The notes beneath the pieces are model-generated. The model was not told the origin of the DNA and did no database searches. It worked only from the letters and a program-made list of their open reading frames with translations. A DNA stretch of 64,000 bases. Source: Gemmatimonadota bacterium. Lineage in GTDB: Bacteria > Gemmatimonadota > Gemmatimonadetes > Gemmatimonadales > GWC2-71-9. A program made the translations under genes and the position numbers. Shown here in pieces: positions 22,940 through 35,157 of the stretch. Within the stretch, counting starts at the first letter, position 1. Every line of letters begins with the position of its first letter. The stretch lies in contig JANNSD010000023.1 of assembly GCA_031402225.1 (NCBI GenBank), positions 11,612-75,611 of the forward strand, written 5' to 3'.

Positions 22940-24268
22940 GTGGCAGACAAGGGCGCACGGTCGATCGCGAAGGCCGAGGGCAGGCTCGGAGTGCTCACGG
23001 TCGGACTCGGGGCGGTCGCAACGACGTTCATCGCCGGCGTGGAGCTGGCGCGGCGGGGCATTGCGAAGCCGTACGGCTCGCTGACGCAGCTCGCCACCAT
23101 CCGCCTGGGCAAGCGCACCGACGGGCGCACGCCGCTCATTCGCGATTTCGTGCCGCTGGCGTCGCTCGACGATCTCGTCTTCGGCGCCTGGGACCCAATT
23201 CCGGACAACGCCCACGAGGCCGCCCTCAAGTGTGGCGTGCTCGACAAGCATGAGCATGTGGCACCGATCGCCGACTTCCTGAAGGCCATCACGCCCATGC
23301 CCGCGGTGTTCGACCGGAGCTACGTCAAGCGACTCGAGGGCACCAACGTCAAGGGCGGGAAGACCAAGCGGGAGCAGGCGGAGGCGCTGCGGCAGGACAT
23401 CCGGGCCTTCAAGGCGAAGCACAACTGCAGCCGGCTCGTCATCGTCTGGTGCGCGTCCACCGAGATCTTCATCGCCCCGGGGGCGGCCCACCAGACCGTC
23501 GCGGCGCTGGAGAAGGCCATGGAGACAAACGACGCCACCATCGCGCCCTCGATGCTGTATGCCTGGGCCGCCATGATGGAGGGCGTGGCGTTCATGAACG
23601 GCGCGCCCAACCTCTGCTGCGACATTCCCGCCATTGAGCAGATGGCCCGTGACCGGAAGGTCCCGATCGGCGGCAAGGACTTCAAGACCGGCCAGACGAT
23701 GCTCAAGACGGTGCTGGCACCGATGTTCAAGGCGCGCATGCTCGGGGTGGCCGGCTGGTACTCCACCAACATCCTCGGCAATCGCGACGGCGAGGTCCTG
23801 GACGATCCCGAGAGCTTCAAGACGAAGGAAGAGTCGAAGCTCGGCGTGCTCGAGTACATCCTGCAGCCGCAGGTCTATCCCGAGCTGTACGGCAACATCT
23901 TTCACAAGGTGCGGATCAACTACTATCCGCCGCGGGGCGACAACAAGGAAGGCTGGGACAACATCGACATCTTCGGGTGGCTCGGCTACCCGATGCAGAT
24001 CAAGGTCGATTTCCTCTGCCGTGACTCCATCCTGGCCGCACCGCTGGTGCTCGACCTCGCCCTTTTCTCCGACCTGGCCCAGCGCGCCGGGATGTCGGGG
24101 GTGCAGGAGTGGCTCTCGTTCTACTTCAAGAGCCCGCAAGTGGCGCCGGGGCTGTACCCGGAGCATGACCTCTTCATCCAGCAGACCAAGCTCAAGAACA
24201 CGCTGCGGTGGATGATGGGCGAGGAACAGATCACTCACCTGGGCGTGGAGTACTACGGGGAAGCGTGA
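22940..24268 (+). CDS. ino1: myo-Inositol-1-phosphate (inositol-3-phosphate) synthase
   Basis: GTG 22940, preceded by GGAAAGGAAG, within ORF 22832..24268. Rossmann start LGVLTVGLGAVATTFIAG, then FMNGAPN, GKDFKTGQTMLKTVLAPMF, GWYSTNILGNRDG, and INYYPPRGDNKEGWDNIDI. This is the bacterial/archaeal MIPS pattern. Confidence 0.88.
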   Translation: MADKGARSIAKAEGRLGVLTVGLGAVATTFIAGVELARRGIAKPYGSLTQLATIRLGKRTDGRTPLIRDFVPLASLDDLVFGAWDPIPDNAHEAALKCGVLDKHEHVAPIADFLKAITPMPAVFDRSYVKRLEGTNVKGGKTKREQAEALRQDIRAFKAKHNCSRLVIVWCASTEIFIAPGAAHQTVAALEKAMETNDATIAPSMLYAWAAMMEGVAFMNGAPNLCCDIPAIEQMARDRKVPIGGKDFKTGQTMLKTVLAPMFKARMLGVAGWYSTNILGNRDGEVLDDPESFKTKEESKLGVLEYILQPQVYPELYGNIFHKVRINYYPPRGDNKEGWDNIDIFGWLGYPMQIKVDFLCRDSILAAPLVLDLALFSDLAQRAGMSGVQEWLSFYFKSPQVAPGLYPEHDLFIQQTKLKNTLRWMMGEEQITHLGVEYYGEA

Positions 24269-24290
24269 GGACGCCGCATCCGCCGCGCAC

Positions 24291-24581
24291 ATGAAGTATT
24301 TCCATCGGACCCACCAGGCGCCGGCCCTCGTGCTGGCGCAGTCAGCGGAGTTTTTCGGCGGACGCCTCGCGCCCACCGAGGAAGCGCCGAGCCGTCGCCG
24401 GTTCGGCGGTGCCATCGGGCATGTGAGCATCACGGCCGCCGCCGAGGGCGGGCATTACACCCTGGTCACGGTCGAGACGGACCAGCCGGGGGAGAGTGAA
24501 GTTGATCGTTTGGCCAAGCGGTTCCTTACACTGGTGCACGCGGCGACCGATCCCGGTCATGTCGTGCGCGGCGCCTACTAG
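24291..24581 (+). CDS. Hypothetical 96-aa protein
   Basis: ORF with coding-like codon bias between MIPS and the pyrophosphatase. No motif recognised (MKYFHRTHQAPALVLAQSAEFFGG...). Confidence 0.4.
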   Translation: MKYFHRTHQAPALVLAQSAEFFGGRLAPTEEAPSRRRFGGAIGHVSITAAAEGGHYTLVTVETDQPGESEVDRLAKRFLTLVHAATDPGHVVRGAY

Positions 24582-24606
24582 TTCCGACAACCCAGGAGAT
24601 GCCAAG

Positions 24607-27045
<2,439 letters not shown>

Positions 27046-27148
27046 ACGGGCCCGCAGTTCATCGACGCAGCTCGCCCGGAAGGCGCAAGAGTGGTGGCCA
27101 ATTCACGCTGAGTGCCCCTAGCTTGCGGTGTCCTTACCGGGACATCGA

Positions 27149-29491
27149 ATGACAAACGTTGGTTCCCCGTGGGCCGACGCGCTCGCCGACCGCTATCGCG
27201 TCGAGCGCGAGCTCGGGCGGGGCGGGATGGCGGTGGTATACCTCGCGCGCGACCTCAAGCACGACCGCGAGGTGGCGCTGAAGGTGTTGCGTCCCGAGCT
27301 GTCAGCCGCGCTCGGGCGCGACCGTTTCCTGCGTGAGATTCAGCTGACCGCCCGTCTGCAACACCCCCACATCCTGAGCGTCTTCGATTCCGGCGAGTCC
27401 GCTGGCCAGCTGTGGTACACGATGCCCTTCGTTGATGGCGAGACGCTTCGTGCCCGCGTCACCCGTGAAGGGCGGCTGCCCGTGGACACTGCCGTCCAGT
27501 TGGCGCGCGATGTGGCGTCGGCGCTCGCGTACGCGCACGATACCGGGGTGGTCCATCGGGATATCAAGCCCGAGAACATCCTGGTGTCGAAACAGGGTCT
27601 GGCCCTCGTCGCGGACTTCGGGATCGCCAAGGCCCTCGCATCGGACGAGGCGCTGACCGAGACCGGCCTGGCGCTTGGCACGCCTGCCTATATGGCGCCG
27701 GAACAGATCCTGGGCGAGCGGACGATGCGGCCGCAGGCGGACGTGTACGCGCTCGGCGTCGTCCTGTACGAAATGCTCGTTGGTAGTCGGCCGTTCGCCG
27801 ACTCAGCGCCGGCGGCGATGCTGGCGAAGCGGCTCACCGATGGCGCACCCCTCGTCACCGCGCAACGCCCCGAGGTTCCGTTGGGCCTCGCCGTACTGGT
27901 GCGGGACACCCTGGAGGTGGATCCCGCGCGCCGCCCGGCAACTGGAGCCGCCTTCGCCGAGCGTCTCCGGGAAGCGACAGGCGCTGTCACCACGCCGTCG
28001 GCGCCGATACCGTCGGCAACTGGCGGGGTCGGGCGGGGCCGAGTGTGGGTGCGTCTTGCGGCGGCGGTGGCGGTACTCGCCGCGGTGGCGGCGCTGCTGC
28101 TCAACGGGAGGGGAGCCCGCGACGAGCGGAGTATCGGAGTGCTGCCGTTTGAGAACCGCAGCGGCGACAGCGTGCAGGCCTACCTGAGTGAGGGCGTGTC
28201 GGACGAGCTCACGGCGCAGTTGTCGGCCGTGCCCGAGTTGAAGGTCTCGCCGCGCAGCTCCACGGTCCGCTTCCGCGGCAGCCAGGACGCGCCGGAAACC
28301 ATCGCCAGGGAACTCGGCGTGACCTACCTCCTGACCGGCGGCGTGTCACGACAGGGCGACACCGTGCGCATGAGCGTCGAACTCATCGATGCCCCGGGGA
28401 AGCGCCAGCGCTGGAGCCGGGTGCACGCGGGTCCCGCCCGTTCGCTGGCCGCCTTCGTGGACAGCGTGGCGCGCGAGGTGACCCGGTCGCTCGCGCCCAC
28501 GGCGCCGGGTCGCGTCGCGCGTACCGGTTCGGAGACGAGCGACTCGCTGGCGTACGACTACTACCTGCTGGCCCAGCATCACTACAATCGGTTTACCGAG
28601 CTGGACCTGCGCCGGTCGCTCGCGTATAGCGACAGTGCCATCGCCCGCGACCCCGCCTACGTGAACGCCTGGCTCGGGCGTGCGAATACTCTGCTCGCGC
28701 TCGCGTCGGGCATGGGAACAATTACCGGCCGCGAGGCACTCGGCCCAATACGGCAGGCGCTGGACACAATACTGGTACTGGATCCGGGGTCGGGGCGCGC
28801 CCACGGCATTCGCGGCATCGTGTACACCTGGTTCGAGTGGGACTGGGACGCGGCTGATCGCGAGTTCCGCCAGGCATTCGCTCTCGAGCCCACTGCGGCG
28901 ACGAACTACCTGCGCGCGGCCTTCCTTCAGGCGGCGCGCGGAAACACCGACTCGGCTCTGGCACTGGGCGCCGTGCTACAGCGGGCGGAACCGGCCAACA
29001 TCCGGGCGTACCCGGGCCAGTTCGGGTACTATGGCAAGCGCTACGAGCAGAGCCTCGCCACCGCCAGGCGAGCCTTGCAACTCGATCCCAACTTCTTCGG
29101 GGCGCTGCAATACGAGGCGCTCTCGCTCAGCATGCTGGGTCGCCATACGGAGGCCGTTGCTGCCGCACGACGCGCAAGTACCAACCCGGCTCCAGTTTTT
29201 GCGTCGACCCTCGCGATCGTGCTGGCACAGGCCGATAGTCTCGACGCGGCCCGGGAGGTCATGGATACTCTCGAGGCGCGGGTGTACCGAAAGCCGTTCG
29301 GAGCCGTACACATGTTCCGGGCGTACGCGGCGTTGGGTGACGCGGACCGGATGTTCGCCTGGCTCGATCGAGCGATCGCTGAGCGATCGCCCGGGGTCGC
29401 CTACCTGTATGTGGACCCGCTTCTCGACCGGTACCTCTCCGACCCCCGGTTCAAGGCCGCCATCGCGCGGGCGGGCCTGCCTCCTCCCTGA
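27149..29491 (+). CDS. Ser/Thr protein kinase with TM segment and C-terminal TolB-N-like/TPR region
   Basis: ATG 27149 within ORF 27128..29491. Hanks motifs GRGGMAVVYLA, ALKVL, HRDIKPENILV, DFGIAK and GTPAYMAPE. A hydrophobic segment VWVRLAAAVAVLAAVAALLL follows, then IGVLPFENRSGD... and TPR-like repeats. Confidence 0.88.
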   Translation: MTNVGSPWADALADRYRVERELGRGGMAVVYLARDLKHDREVALKVLRPELSAALGRDRFLREIQLTARLQHPHILSVFDSGESAGQLWYTMPFVDGETLRARVTREGRLPVDTAVQLARDVASALAYAHDTGVVHRDIKPENILVSKQGLALVADFGIAKALASDEALTETGLALGTPAYMAPEQILGERTMRPQADVYALGVVLYEMLVGSRPFADSAPAAMLAKRLTDGAPLVTAQRPEVPLGLAVLVRDTLEVDPARRPATGAAFAERLREATGAVTTPSAPIPSATGGVGRGRVWVRLAAAVAVLAAVAALLLNGRGARDERSIGVLPFENRSGDSVQAYLSEGVSDELTAQLSAVPELKVSPRSSTVRFRGSQDAPETIARELGVTYLLTGGVSRQGDTVRMSVELIDAPGKRQRWSRVHAGPARSLAAFVDSVAREVTRSLAPTAPGRVARTGSETSDSLAYDYYLLAQHHYNRFTELDLRRSLAYSDSAIARDPAYVNAWLGRANTLLALASGMGTITGREALGPIRQALDTILVLDPGSGRAHGIRGIVYTWFEWDWDAADREFRQAFALEPTAATNYLRAAFLQAARGNTDSALALGAVLQRAEPANIRAYPGQFGYYGKRYEQSLATARRALQLDPNFFGALQYEALSLSMLGRHTEAVAAARRASTNPAPVFASTLAIVLAQADSLDAAREVMDTLEARVYRKPFGAVHMFRAYAALGDADRMFAWLDRAIAERSPGVAYLYVDPLLDRYLSDPRFKAAIARAGLPPP

Positions 29492-29507
29492 TTATCTTAT
29501 CGACCCT

Positions 29508-30611
29508 ATGACTGCCACCGCCAAGGCCTCGAGCGGCACCCCGGCCGCGCCGCATGGCCTGACCCGCGAGCAACTGCTCGAGCTCTACCAGTGGATGCGG
29601 CTGACCCGGACGCTCGAGGAGCGCCTGGTCAACCTCTACCGCCAGACCAAGGTGGTGGGCGGCCTTTTCCGGTCGCTGGGACAGGAAGCGTGCGCGGTCG
29701 GTTCCGCCTTTGCGCTCGAACGGCGCGACATCATGTCGCCGCTCATTCGCAACCTTGGCTCCATGCTGGTGAAGGGCGCCACGCCGGTCGAGGTGCTGCG
29801 GCAGTACATGGCGAAGGCCGACAGCATGACCCGCGGCCGCGAGCTCAATATTCACATCGGCGACCTCGAGCGCGGATTCGTCGGGCAGATCTCGCACCTG
29901 GGTGACATGGTGCCGGTCATGGCGGGTATCACGCTCACGTTCAAGATGCGGAATGAGCCGCGCGTCGGGCTCGTGTACGTGGGCGATGGCGCCACGTCCA
30001 CGGGTGCCTTCCATGAGGGCATCAATTTCGCCGCCGTGCAGCACTGCCCGCTGGTGGTGATCGTGGAGAACAACGGCTACGCCTACTCGACCCCCACGTC
30101 GAAGCAGACGGCGGCGCGCAGCTTCGCCGACAAGGCGGTGGGCTACGGTATTCCGGGCGTGCGCGCCGACGGCAATGATGTCCTCGAGGCGTACCGCGTT
30201 ACGAAGGAAGCGGTGGCCCGGGCCCGCGGCGGGGAAGGGGTGACGCTCATCGAGCTGATGACCTATCGCCGGAAGGGTCACGCCGAGCACGACAACCAGA
30301 GCTATGTGCCGGCCGGCGAAATCGAGCACTGGGCCGCGACCAACGATCCACTGGATCGCTACGCGCAGGCGCTGACGGCCACCTGGGGCTTTGCCGCATC
30401 CGACCTGCAGGCGATCGACGCGCGGGTGCAGCAGGATGTCGATGCCGCCACGGACCTGGCGGAGCAGTCGCCGGCGCCGGACGCACGTGAAGCGCTCCTT
30501 GGCGTCTACGCCGATCCGGCGACCATGCCGACGCTCTGGTACCGCGAGGGCATCGACAAGGCGGTCGACAAGAACGAGCGGGCGCAGGGATGGGGCACCT
30601 TCAATGGCTGA
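29508..30611 (+). CDS. 2-oxoacid dehydrogenase E1 component, alpha subunit (branched-chain/pyruvate type)
   Basis: ATG 29508 within track ORF 28680..30611, whose first 276 codons are an out-of-frame shadow of the kinase gene. TPP motif GDGATSTGAFHEGINFAAVQHCPLVVIVENNGYA; also YRRKGHAEHD. Confidence 0.9.
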   Translation: MTATAKASSGTPAAPHGLTREQLLELYQWMRLTRTLEERLVNLYRQTKVVGGLFRSLGQEACAVGSAFALERRDIMSPLIRNLGSMLVKGATPVEVLRQYMAKADSMTRGRELNIHIGDLERGFVGQISHLGDMVPVMAGITLTFKMRNEPRVGLVYVGDGATSTGAFHEGINFAAVQHCPLVVIVENNGYAYSTPTSKQTAARSFADKAVGYGIPGVRADGNDVLEAYRVTKEAVARARGGEGVTLIELMTYRRKGHAEHDNQSYVPAGEIEHWAATNDPLDRYAQALTATWGFAASDLQAIDARVQQDVDAATDLAEQSPAPDAREALLGVYADPATMPTLWYREGIDKAVDKNERAQGWGTFNG

Positions 30612-31581
30612 GGTCACCTATCTCGAGGCGATTCGCGAGGGACTGTTCGAGGAAATGGAGCGGGACCCGAACGTCTTCTGCCTGGGCGAGGACATCGGGG
30701 CCTACGGCGGGGCGTTCAAGGTCACCGAGGGCCTGATGCAGAAGTTCGGCGAGCGGCGTGTCATTGACACGCCGATCTCCGAGGCGGCCATCGTGGGTGC
30801 GGCCGCGGGCGCGGCCCACATGGGCATGCGGCCGGTGTGCGAGATGCAGTTCATCGACTTCATCTCCTGCGCCTACGACATGCTCACCAATTACGTCGCC
30901 ACCGCGCGCTACCGCGCCTTCCTGCCCACGCCAATGGTGGTGCGGGGGCCGAGCGGCGGGTACGTGCGGGGCGGGCCGTTCCACTCCCAGAATCCCGAGG
31001 CGGCGTTCCTTCACACCCCGGGGCTCAAGATCGTGTATCCCGCCACCGCGCGGGACGCGAAGGGCCTCATCAAGTCCGCCATCCGCGATGACGATTGCGT
31101 GCTCTTCTTCGAGCACAAGTACCTGTACCGGCGCATCAAGGACACCATGCCGGCCGGCGATCATGTCGTGCCGATCGGCAAGGCACGGGTGGCGCGCGAG
31201 GGGCGCGACCTTTCGATCATCACCTACGCGGCCACGGTGTGGAAGGCGCTCGAGGCTGCGGAGCAGCTGGAGAAGGAGGACGGCCTCTCGGTCGAGGTCA
31301 TCGACCTGCGCTCCCTGCTGCCGATGGACGATGAGGCCATCGTGGCCACCGTGAAGAAGACCAACCGGGTGCTGGTGGTGCACGAGGACACGGTCACGGG
31401 TGGCATCGCCGGCGAGATCACGGCGCGCATCAACGAGCTCTGTTTCGAGTGGCTGGACGCGCCGGTGCGGCGCGTGGGCGCGCATGACGTGCCGCTGCCC
31501 TATGCACCACAACTGGAAGACTTCGTGTTGCCCCAAACCAGTGACATCGTGCGCGCGGCGCGGTGGATATCAGCGTACTAG
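30604..31581 (+). CDS. 2-oxoacid dehydrogenase E1 component, beta subunit
   Basis: ATG 30604 (8-nt overlap with the alpha subunit). MAEVTYLEAIREGLFEEMERDPNVFCLGEDIG..., RVIDTPISEAAIVGAAAGAA, FHSQNPEA, VIDLRSLLPMD. Confidence 0.92.
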   Translation: MAEVTYLEAIREGLFEEMERDPNVFCLGEDIGAYGGAFKVTEGLMQKFGERRVIDTPISEAAIVGAAAGAAHMGMRPVCEMQFIDFISCAYDMLTNYVATARYRAFLPTPMVVRGPSGGYVRGGPFHSQNPEAAFLHTPGLKIVYPATARDAKGLIKSAIRDDDCVLFFEHKYLYRRIKDTMPAGDHVVPIGKARVAREGRDLSIITYAATVWKALEAAEQLEKEDGLSVEVIDLRSLLPMDDEAIVATVKKTNRVLVVHEDTVTGGIAGEITARINELCFEWLDAPVRRVGAHDVPLPYAPQLEDFVLPQTSDIVRAARWISAY

Positions 31582-31596
31582 GGAGGACCTGAATAC

Positions 31597-32973
31597 ATGG
31601 CCCGCATCGACGTCATCATGCCCCAGATGGGTGAGTCCATCGCCGAGGGGACCATTTCGCGCTGGATGAAGAAGATCGGCGATCCGATCAAGCGCGATGA
31701 GCCGATTTTCGAGATCTCCACCGACAAGGTCGATGCGGAAATCCCCGCGCCCACCGCCGGGACGCTGGCCGAGATCCTGGTGCAGGAAGGGCAGACGGTG
31801 GCGGTCCAGACCATCGTGGCGCGCATCGAGACCGAGGCCGGTGCCCTGGTGGCGGCACCGACCCCGGCCCCGGCCGCTCCTGCCCCGGCCGCTCCTGCCC
31901 CGGCGTCGGCACCGGTAGCCGCTCCTGCCGCCGCGCCGGCGCGCGCCGCGGTATCTGCCGCGCCCGCGCCCGCGCCGGTCCCGCGGCCGTCCAACGGTGG
32001 TTCCGAGACGCTCGAGGAACGCCTTCGCCGGCGTTCCACCCCGCTCGTGCGGAAGATCGCCGCCGAGCATGGGCTCGACATCTCCACCATCGCCGGCAGC
32101 GGCATGGCGGGCCGGGTCACCAAGAACGACGTGCTCTCGTACATCGAAGCGCCCCCGGCCCCGGCCGCCGCGCCCGCACCGGCTGTCGTGCCGGCGTCGG
32201 TGCCGGCACTTGCCCCGGCCGCGGTCGGCGCGCCGACGGCCCAGCCGGGCTATCAGGCCGCCGATCCGTGGGAGGGCGACCGGAGCGAACCATGGTCGCG
32301 CATCCGCAAGCTCACGGCGGAACACATGATCATGTCGCGCCGGACGTCGGCGCACGTCGCCACCTTCTTCGACATCGACTACAGTCGCGTGGCGATCCTC
32401 CGTGCAAAGAAGAAGGCGGAGTACGCCGATCGCGGCGTCAACCTCACCTTCCTGGCGTTCATCGCGAAGGCGGTGGCCGACAGCCTTCGCAAGCACCCGG
32501 GCCTCAACGCGGCGGTGGGGCACGAGACCACCATCTTCCGGCGTGATATCAACCTCGGCTTCGCCGTGGCGCTCGACTGGGGCCTGATCGTGCCGGTCAT
32601 CAAGCATGCGGATGAACTGTCCATGCTCGGGCTGGCGCGGTCGATCAGCGACCTCGCCGACCGCGCGCGATCGAAGAAGCTGAGCCCCGACGAGGTCCAG
32701 AGGGGCACCTTCACGATCACGAACCCCGGCGTGTTCGGCTCGACCATTGGCATCCCGATCATCAACCAGCCGCAGGTGGCGATCCTCGCGGTCGGGTCCA
32801 TCACCAAGCAGCCGACCGTCATGACGGTGGATGGCGTGGACACCCTCGGCATCCGGACCAAGGGGATGCTGTCGCTCGCCTTCGACCATCGGGTCGTGGA
32901 CGGGTCGGACGCGGATCGCTTCATGGCGGACGTGAAGAAGTCCATCGAAACATTCGCGGAAGGCGCGGTATAG
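31597..32973 (+). CDS. Dihydrolipoamide acyltransferase (E2) of the 2-oxoacid dehydrogenase complex
   Basis: 458-aa ORF with a lipoyl domain (EISTDKVDAEIPAP), an Ala/Pro linker, a subunit-binding domain (TPLVRKIAAEHGLDISTIAGSG) and a catalytic domain with DHRVVDG. Confidence 0.92.
   Translation: MARIDVIMPQMGESIAEGTISRWMKKIGDPIKRDEPIFEISTDKVDAEIPAPTAGTLAEILVQEGQTVAVQTIVARIETEAGALVAAPTPAPAAPAPAAPAPASAPVAAPAAAPARAAVSAAPAPAPVPRPSNGGSETLEERLRRRSTPLVRKIAAEHGLDISTIAGSGMAGRVTKNDVLSYIEAPPAPAAAPAPAVVPASVPALAPAAVGAPTAQPGYQAADPWEGDRSEPWSRIRKLTAEHMIMSRRTSAHVATFFDIDYSRVAILRAKKKAEYADRGVNLTFLAFIAKAVADSLRKHPGLNAAVGHETTIFRRDINLGFAVALDWGLIVPVIKHADELSMLGLARSISDLADRARSKKLSPDEVQRGTFTITNPGVFGSTIGIPIINQPQVAILAVGSITKQPTVMTVDGVDTLGIRTKGMLSLAFDHRVVDGSDADRFMADVKKSIETFAEGAV
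31870..31899 (+). repeat. 15-bp tandem duplication (CCGGCCGCTCCTGCC x2) in the E2 Ala/Pro linker
   Basis: Read directly; encodes (PAAPA)2. Typical of a flexible E2 linker. Confidence 0.9.
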
Positions 32974-32975
32974 TC

Positions 32976-33284
32976 ATGCCACGCGCCCTGACGGTGGCGC
33001 GTGTTCGCGTCGCCGTGGCGCAGCAGCCGGCATACCTGGCGGTCCTGTCCGAGCTTGAGGCGATCGGACGCGCGCGAGGGCGCCACCTCTGGGTATTCCG
33101 GAGCGGCGCGGACCCGGACCTGTTCCTGGAATTCAGCGAAAGCGGCACCGTGGAGCACCATCGCGCGGTGGCCGTGGCCGCCGGGCACGAGGCGGCGCTC
33201 GAAGGCCGGCTCCGTGAGCTGGCGCCGCGCGACCCGTCCGAGGCCGTGTGGCACGAGTCGCCACTCCCGCTCCACCCCACCTGA
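32976..33284 (+). CDS. Hypothetical 102-aa protein
   Basis: ATG 2 nt after the E2 stop, with coding-like GC3 bias. No motif recognised (MPRALTVARVRVAVAQQPAYLAVLSELEAIG...). Confidence 0.4.
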   Translation: MPRALTVARVRVAVAQQPAYLAVLSELEAIGRARGRHLWVFRSGADPDLFLEFSESGTVEHHRAVAVAAGHEAALEGRLRELAPRDPSEAVWHESPLPLHPT

Positions 33285-33563
33285 TTGGAACGTTACGTGC
33301 CACGACGGATCATCGATGTGCGGGGCGAACGGTGGGAAGTCGCCGTGAACGGCGCCCGCACCCAGTCGACCAAGGATGAGTTCGGTCTTCGCTTCGTGCG
33401 GATTGCCGGGGGTCCTCCGGAGACGCGCTTCGCGCGCTACACACCGCTGGGCAGCAAGGCGCGCGAGAGTTCCCTCGCCACGCTGGGCGATGCCGACCTG
33501 GCGCGGTTCCTTACCCATTCGCAACCGGCGTGGACCGCGCCGGAGTCCGGGTACCACCGCTGA
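33285..33563 (+). CDS. Hypothetical 92-aa protein
   Basis: The ORF begins (TTG) immediately after the previous stop; an alternative GTG lies at 33297. No motif recognised. Its 3' end overlaps the PHP gene start by 34 nt. Confidence 0.35.
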   Translation: MERYVPRRIIDVRGERWEVAVNGARTQSTKDEFGLRFVRIAGGPPETRFARYTPLGSKARESSLATLGDADLARFLTHSQPAWTAPESGYHR

Positions 33564-34429
33564 CCGCCCCGGCAGAAGTCGGCGCCACCGGGCCCCTCGC
33601 TGACCTGCACATGCACTCGACGGCCTCCGACGGCTCCCTGGCCCCGGAGCACGTCATCGCGCGCGCCGCGGCTGCCGGGCTGGCCGCGGTCGCGCTGACC
33701 GATCACGATACCGTCGCCGGCGTACCCGCCGCCCTCGCGGCGGGGCAGAAGCTCGGTCTCCGGGTGGTCTCCGGCTGTGAGTTCTCGGTGCTGGCGCCAT
33801 GGGGCGAGATGCACGTGCTGGGGTATTTCCTCCCGGAAGGCGCGCCCGAACTCGAGGAGTTCCTCGCGCGCTGTCGCGCGGACCGGAACCGGCGCGGCAT
33901 GGAGATGGTGCGCCTGCTGCAGCAGCTTGGCGTGGCCATCGACGAGGACGCGGTACTGGCCGAGTCGGCCGGCGGCGCGCTCGGCCGCCCACATGTGGCC
34001 CGGGCGCTCCGGAAGGCAGGTGTCGTGCGCACACTCGACGAGGCGTTCGATCGCTTTCTTGGCCGTGGCCGGCCCGCCTTCGTGGACAAGTCGCTGCCGA
34101 CGTTTGCCAGCGTGGCGTCGCTGGTGCATCGGCTGGGCGGCGTGGTGTCCGCGGCGCACCTCAAGGATCGCGGTAATCGGGCGACCCTCGTGCGCCTCCG
34201 GGCGGAGGGCCTCGACGCCGTGGAGACCCGGCACCCGAGTCACGACGCCGATACCCGCGCCCGTCTCACTGACCTGGTGCTCGCGCTCGGACTCGGCCGC
34301 AGCGGCGGCAGCGACTGGCATGGCGAGGCGGAAGACGGATGGAACCACGGGGCGCTGGGCTCACAGCAGGTGCCGCTCGACTGGGTGGACCAGCTGGAGG
34401 CCCTGCGGCCCGCCATGACGAGGAGTTGA
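33530..34429 (+). CDS. PHP-domain phosphoesterase (TrpH/YciV-like)
   Basis: 299-aa ORF (GTG start): ADLHMHSTASDGS, LTDHDTVAG, GCEFS, EMHVLGY, GRPHVARAL, SAAH, ETRHPSH, GGSDWHG. This is the PHP metal-ligand series. Confidence 0.8.
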   Translation: MDRAGVRVPPLTAPAEVGATGPLADLHMHSTASDGSLAPEHVIARAAAAGLAAVALTDHDTVAGVPAALAAGQKLGLRVVSGCEFSVLAPWGEMHVLGYFLPEGAPELEEFLARCRADRNRRGMEMVRLLQQLGVAIDEDAVLAESAGGALGRPHVARALRKAGVVRTLDEAFDRFLGRGRPAFVDKSLPTFASVASLVHRLGGVVSAAHLKDRGNRATLVRLRAEGLDAVETRHPSHDADTRARLTDLVLALGLGRSGGSDWHGEAEDGWNHGALGSQQVPLDWVDQLEALRPAMTRS

Positions 34430-34432
34430 GCG

Positions 34433-35155
34433 ATGTTGACCTTCGACTACCGCGGCAAGGTCGTCATCGTGACCGGCGTGGGCCGGCCCGGCCAGATCGG
34501 GCACGCCGTGGCGATGGCGTTTGCCCGATCCGGCGCCCAACTGGTGCTGTGTGACGTGAATGCGACGGGTGTGGCGGAGCGCGCGAAGGAATTCCAGGCG
34601 CTCGGACTGGATGCCCGTCCGGCGGCCGGCGACCTCACCGAGCCGGACGTTGCCCGGCTCGCGGTCGAGACGGCGGTAAGGCACTATGGGCGCCTGGATG
34701 CCGTCATCAACATCGCGGGCGGGCTCACCACCTTTGGCCCGATTGACGGCCTCACGGTCAAGGCGTTCGATCGCGAGATCGGGATCAACCTCAAGACTGC
34801 GGTCGTGATGTCGCAGGCGGCCATCGATGAACTGGCGAAGTCCCACGGTTCGATCGTCAACGTCGCATCCATCGCCAGTTTCCAGCCGCAGGCCAGCATG
34901 GCGGTCTACGCGGCGGCCAAGGCCGGCGTGGCCGCGTTCACCCGCAGCCTCGCCGTCGAGTTGCAACCGCGTTTCGTGCGCGTCAACGCCATCGCACCGG
35001 CGATGGTACGCACCCCCGAGAACCTGGGCAGCGCCGGCGCCGATGCCACGTATGTCGAGATGGACCACATCACCCAGGCGGTGATGTTCCTGGCCAGTGC
35101 CGCGGCCGAGGCCATCAACGGGCTGGTGCTGCCGATTTCGCGAGGCGTCGTCTAG
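34433..35155 (+). CDS. Short-chain dehydrogenase/reductase (SDR)
   Basis: 240-aa ORF with a TGVGRPGQIG glycine-rich loop, NIAGG, and the catalytic YAAAKAGV (Y-x3-K). Confidence 0.85.
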   Translation: MLTFDYRGKVVIVTGVGRPGQIGHAVAMAFARSGAQLVLCDVNATGVAERAKEFQALGLDARPAAGDLTEPDVARLAVETAVRHYGRLDAVINIAGGLTTFGPIDGLTVKAFDREIGINLKTAVVMSQAAIDELAKSHGSIVNVASIASFQPQASMAVYAAAKAGVAAFTRSLAVELQPRFVRVNAIAPAMVRTPENLGSAGADATYVEMDHITQAVMFLASAAAEAINGLVLPISRGVV

Positions 35156-35157
35156 TC

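Noticed and set aside
22826-24433. A 535-aa minus-strand ORF opposite the inositol-phosphate synthase gene. Similar long antisense ORFs lie at 14712..16220, 29451..30617, 30601..31536, 31570..32889, 35892..36926, 37598..38500, 43331..44722, 49947..50972, 61096..62571 and 62402..63496.
   Set aside because: Each lies opposite a gene with strong conserved motifs. They lack recognisable domains and have Arg/Gly/Pro/His-rich low-complexity composition. Stop-poor antisense frames are expected in DNA this GC-rich.
28680-30611. A 643-aa plus-strand ORF suggesting a fusion of an unknown N-terminal domain with E1 alpha. The same pattern occurs for 8322..9725, 6818..7525, 24496..27045, 30391..31581, 53021..54058 and 62345..63751.
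   Set aside because: The upstream parts overlap the preceding genes out of frame and are compositionally biased. Internal ATG/GTG starts with Shine-Dalgarno sequences, or with stop/start coupling, give canonical N-termini.
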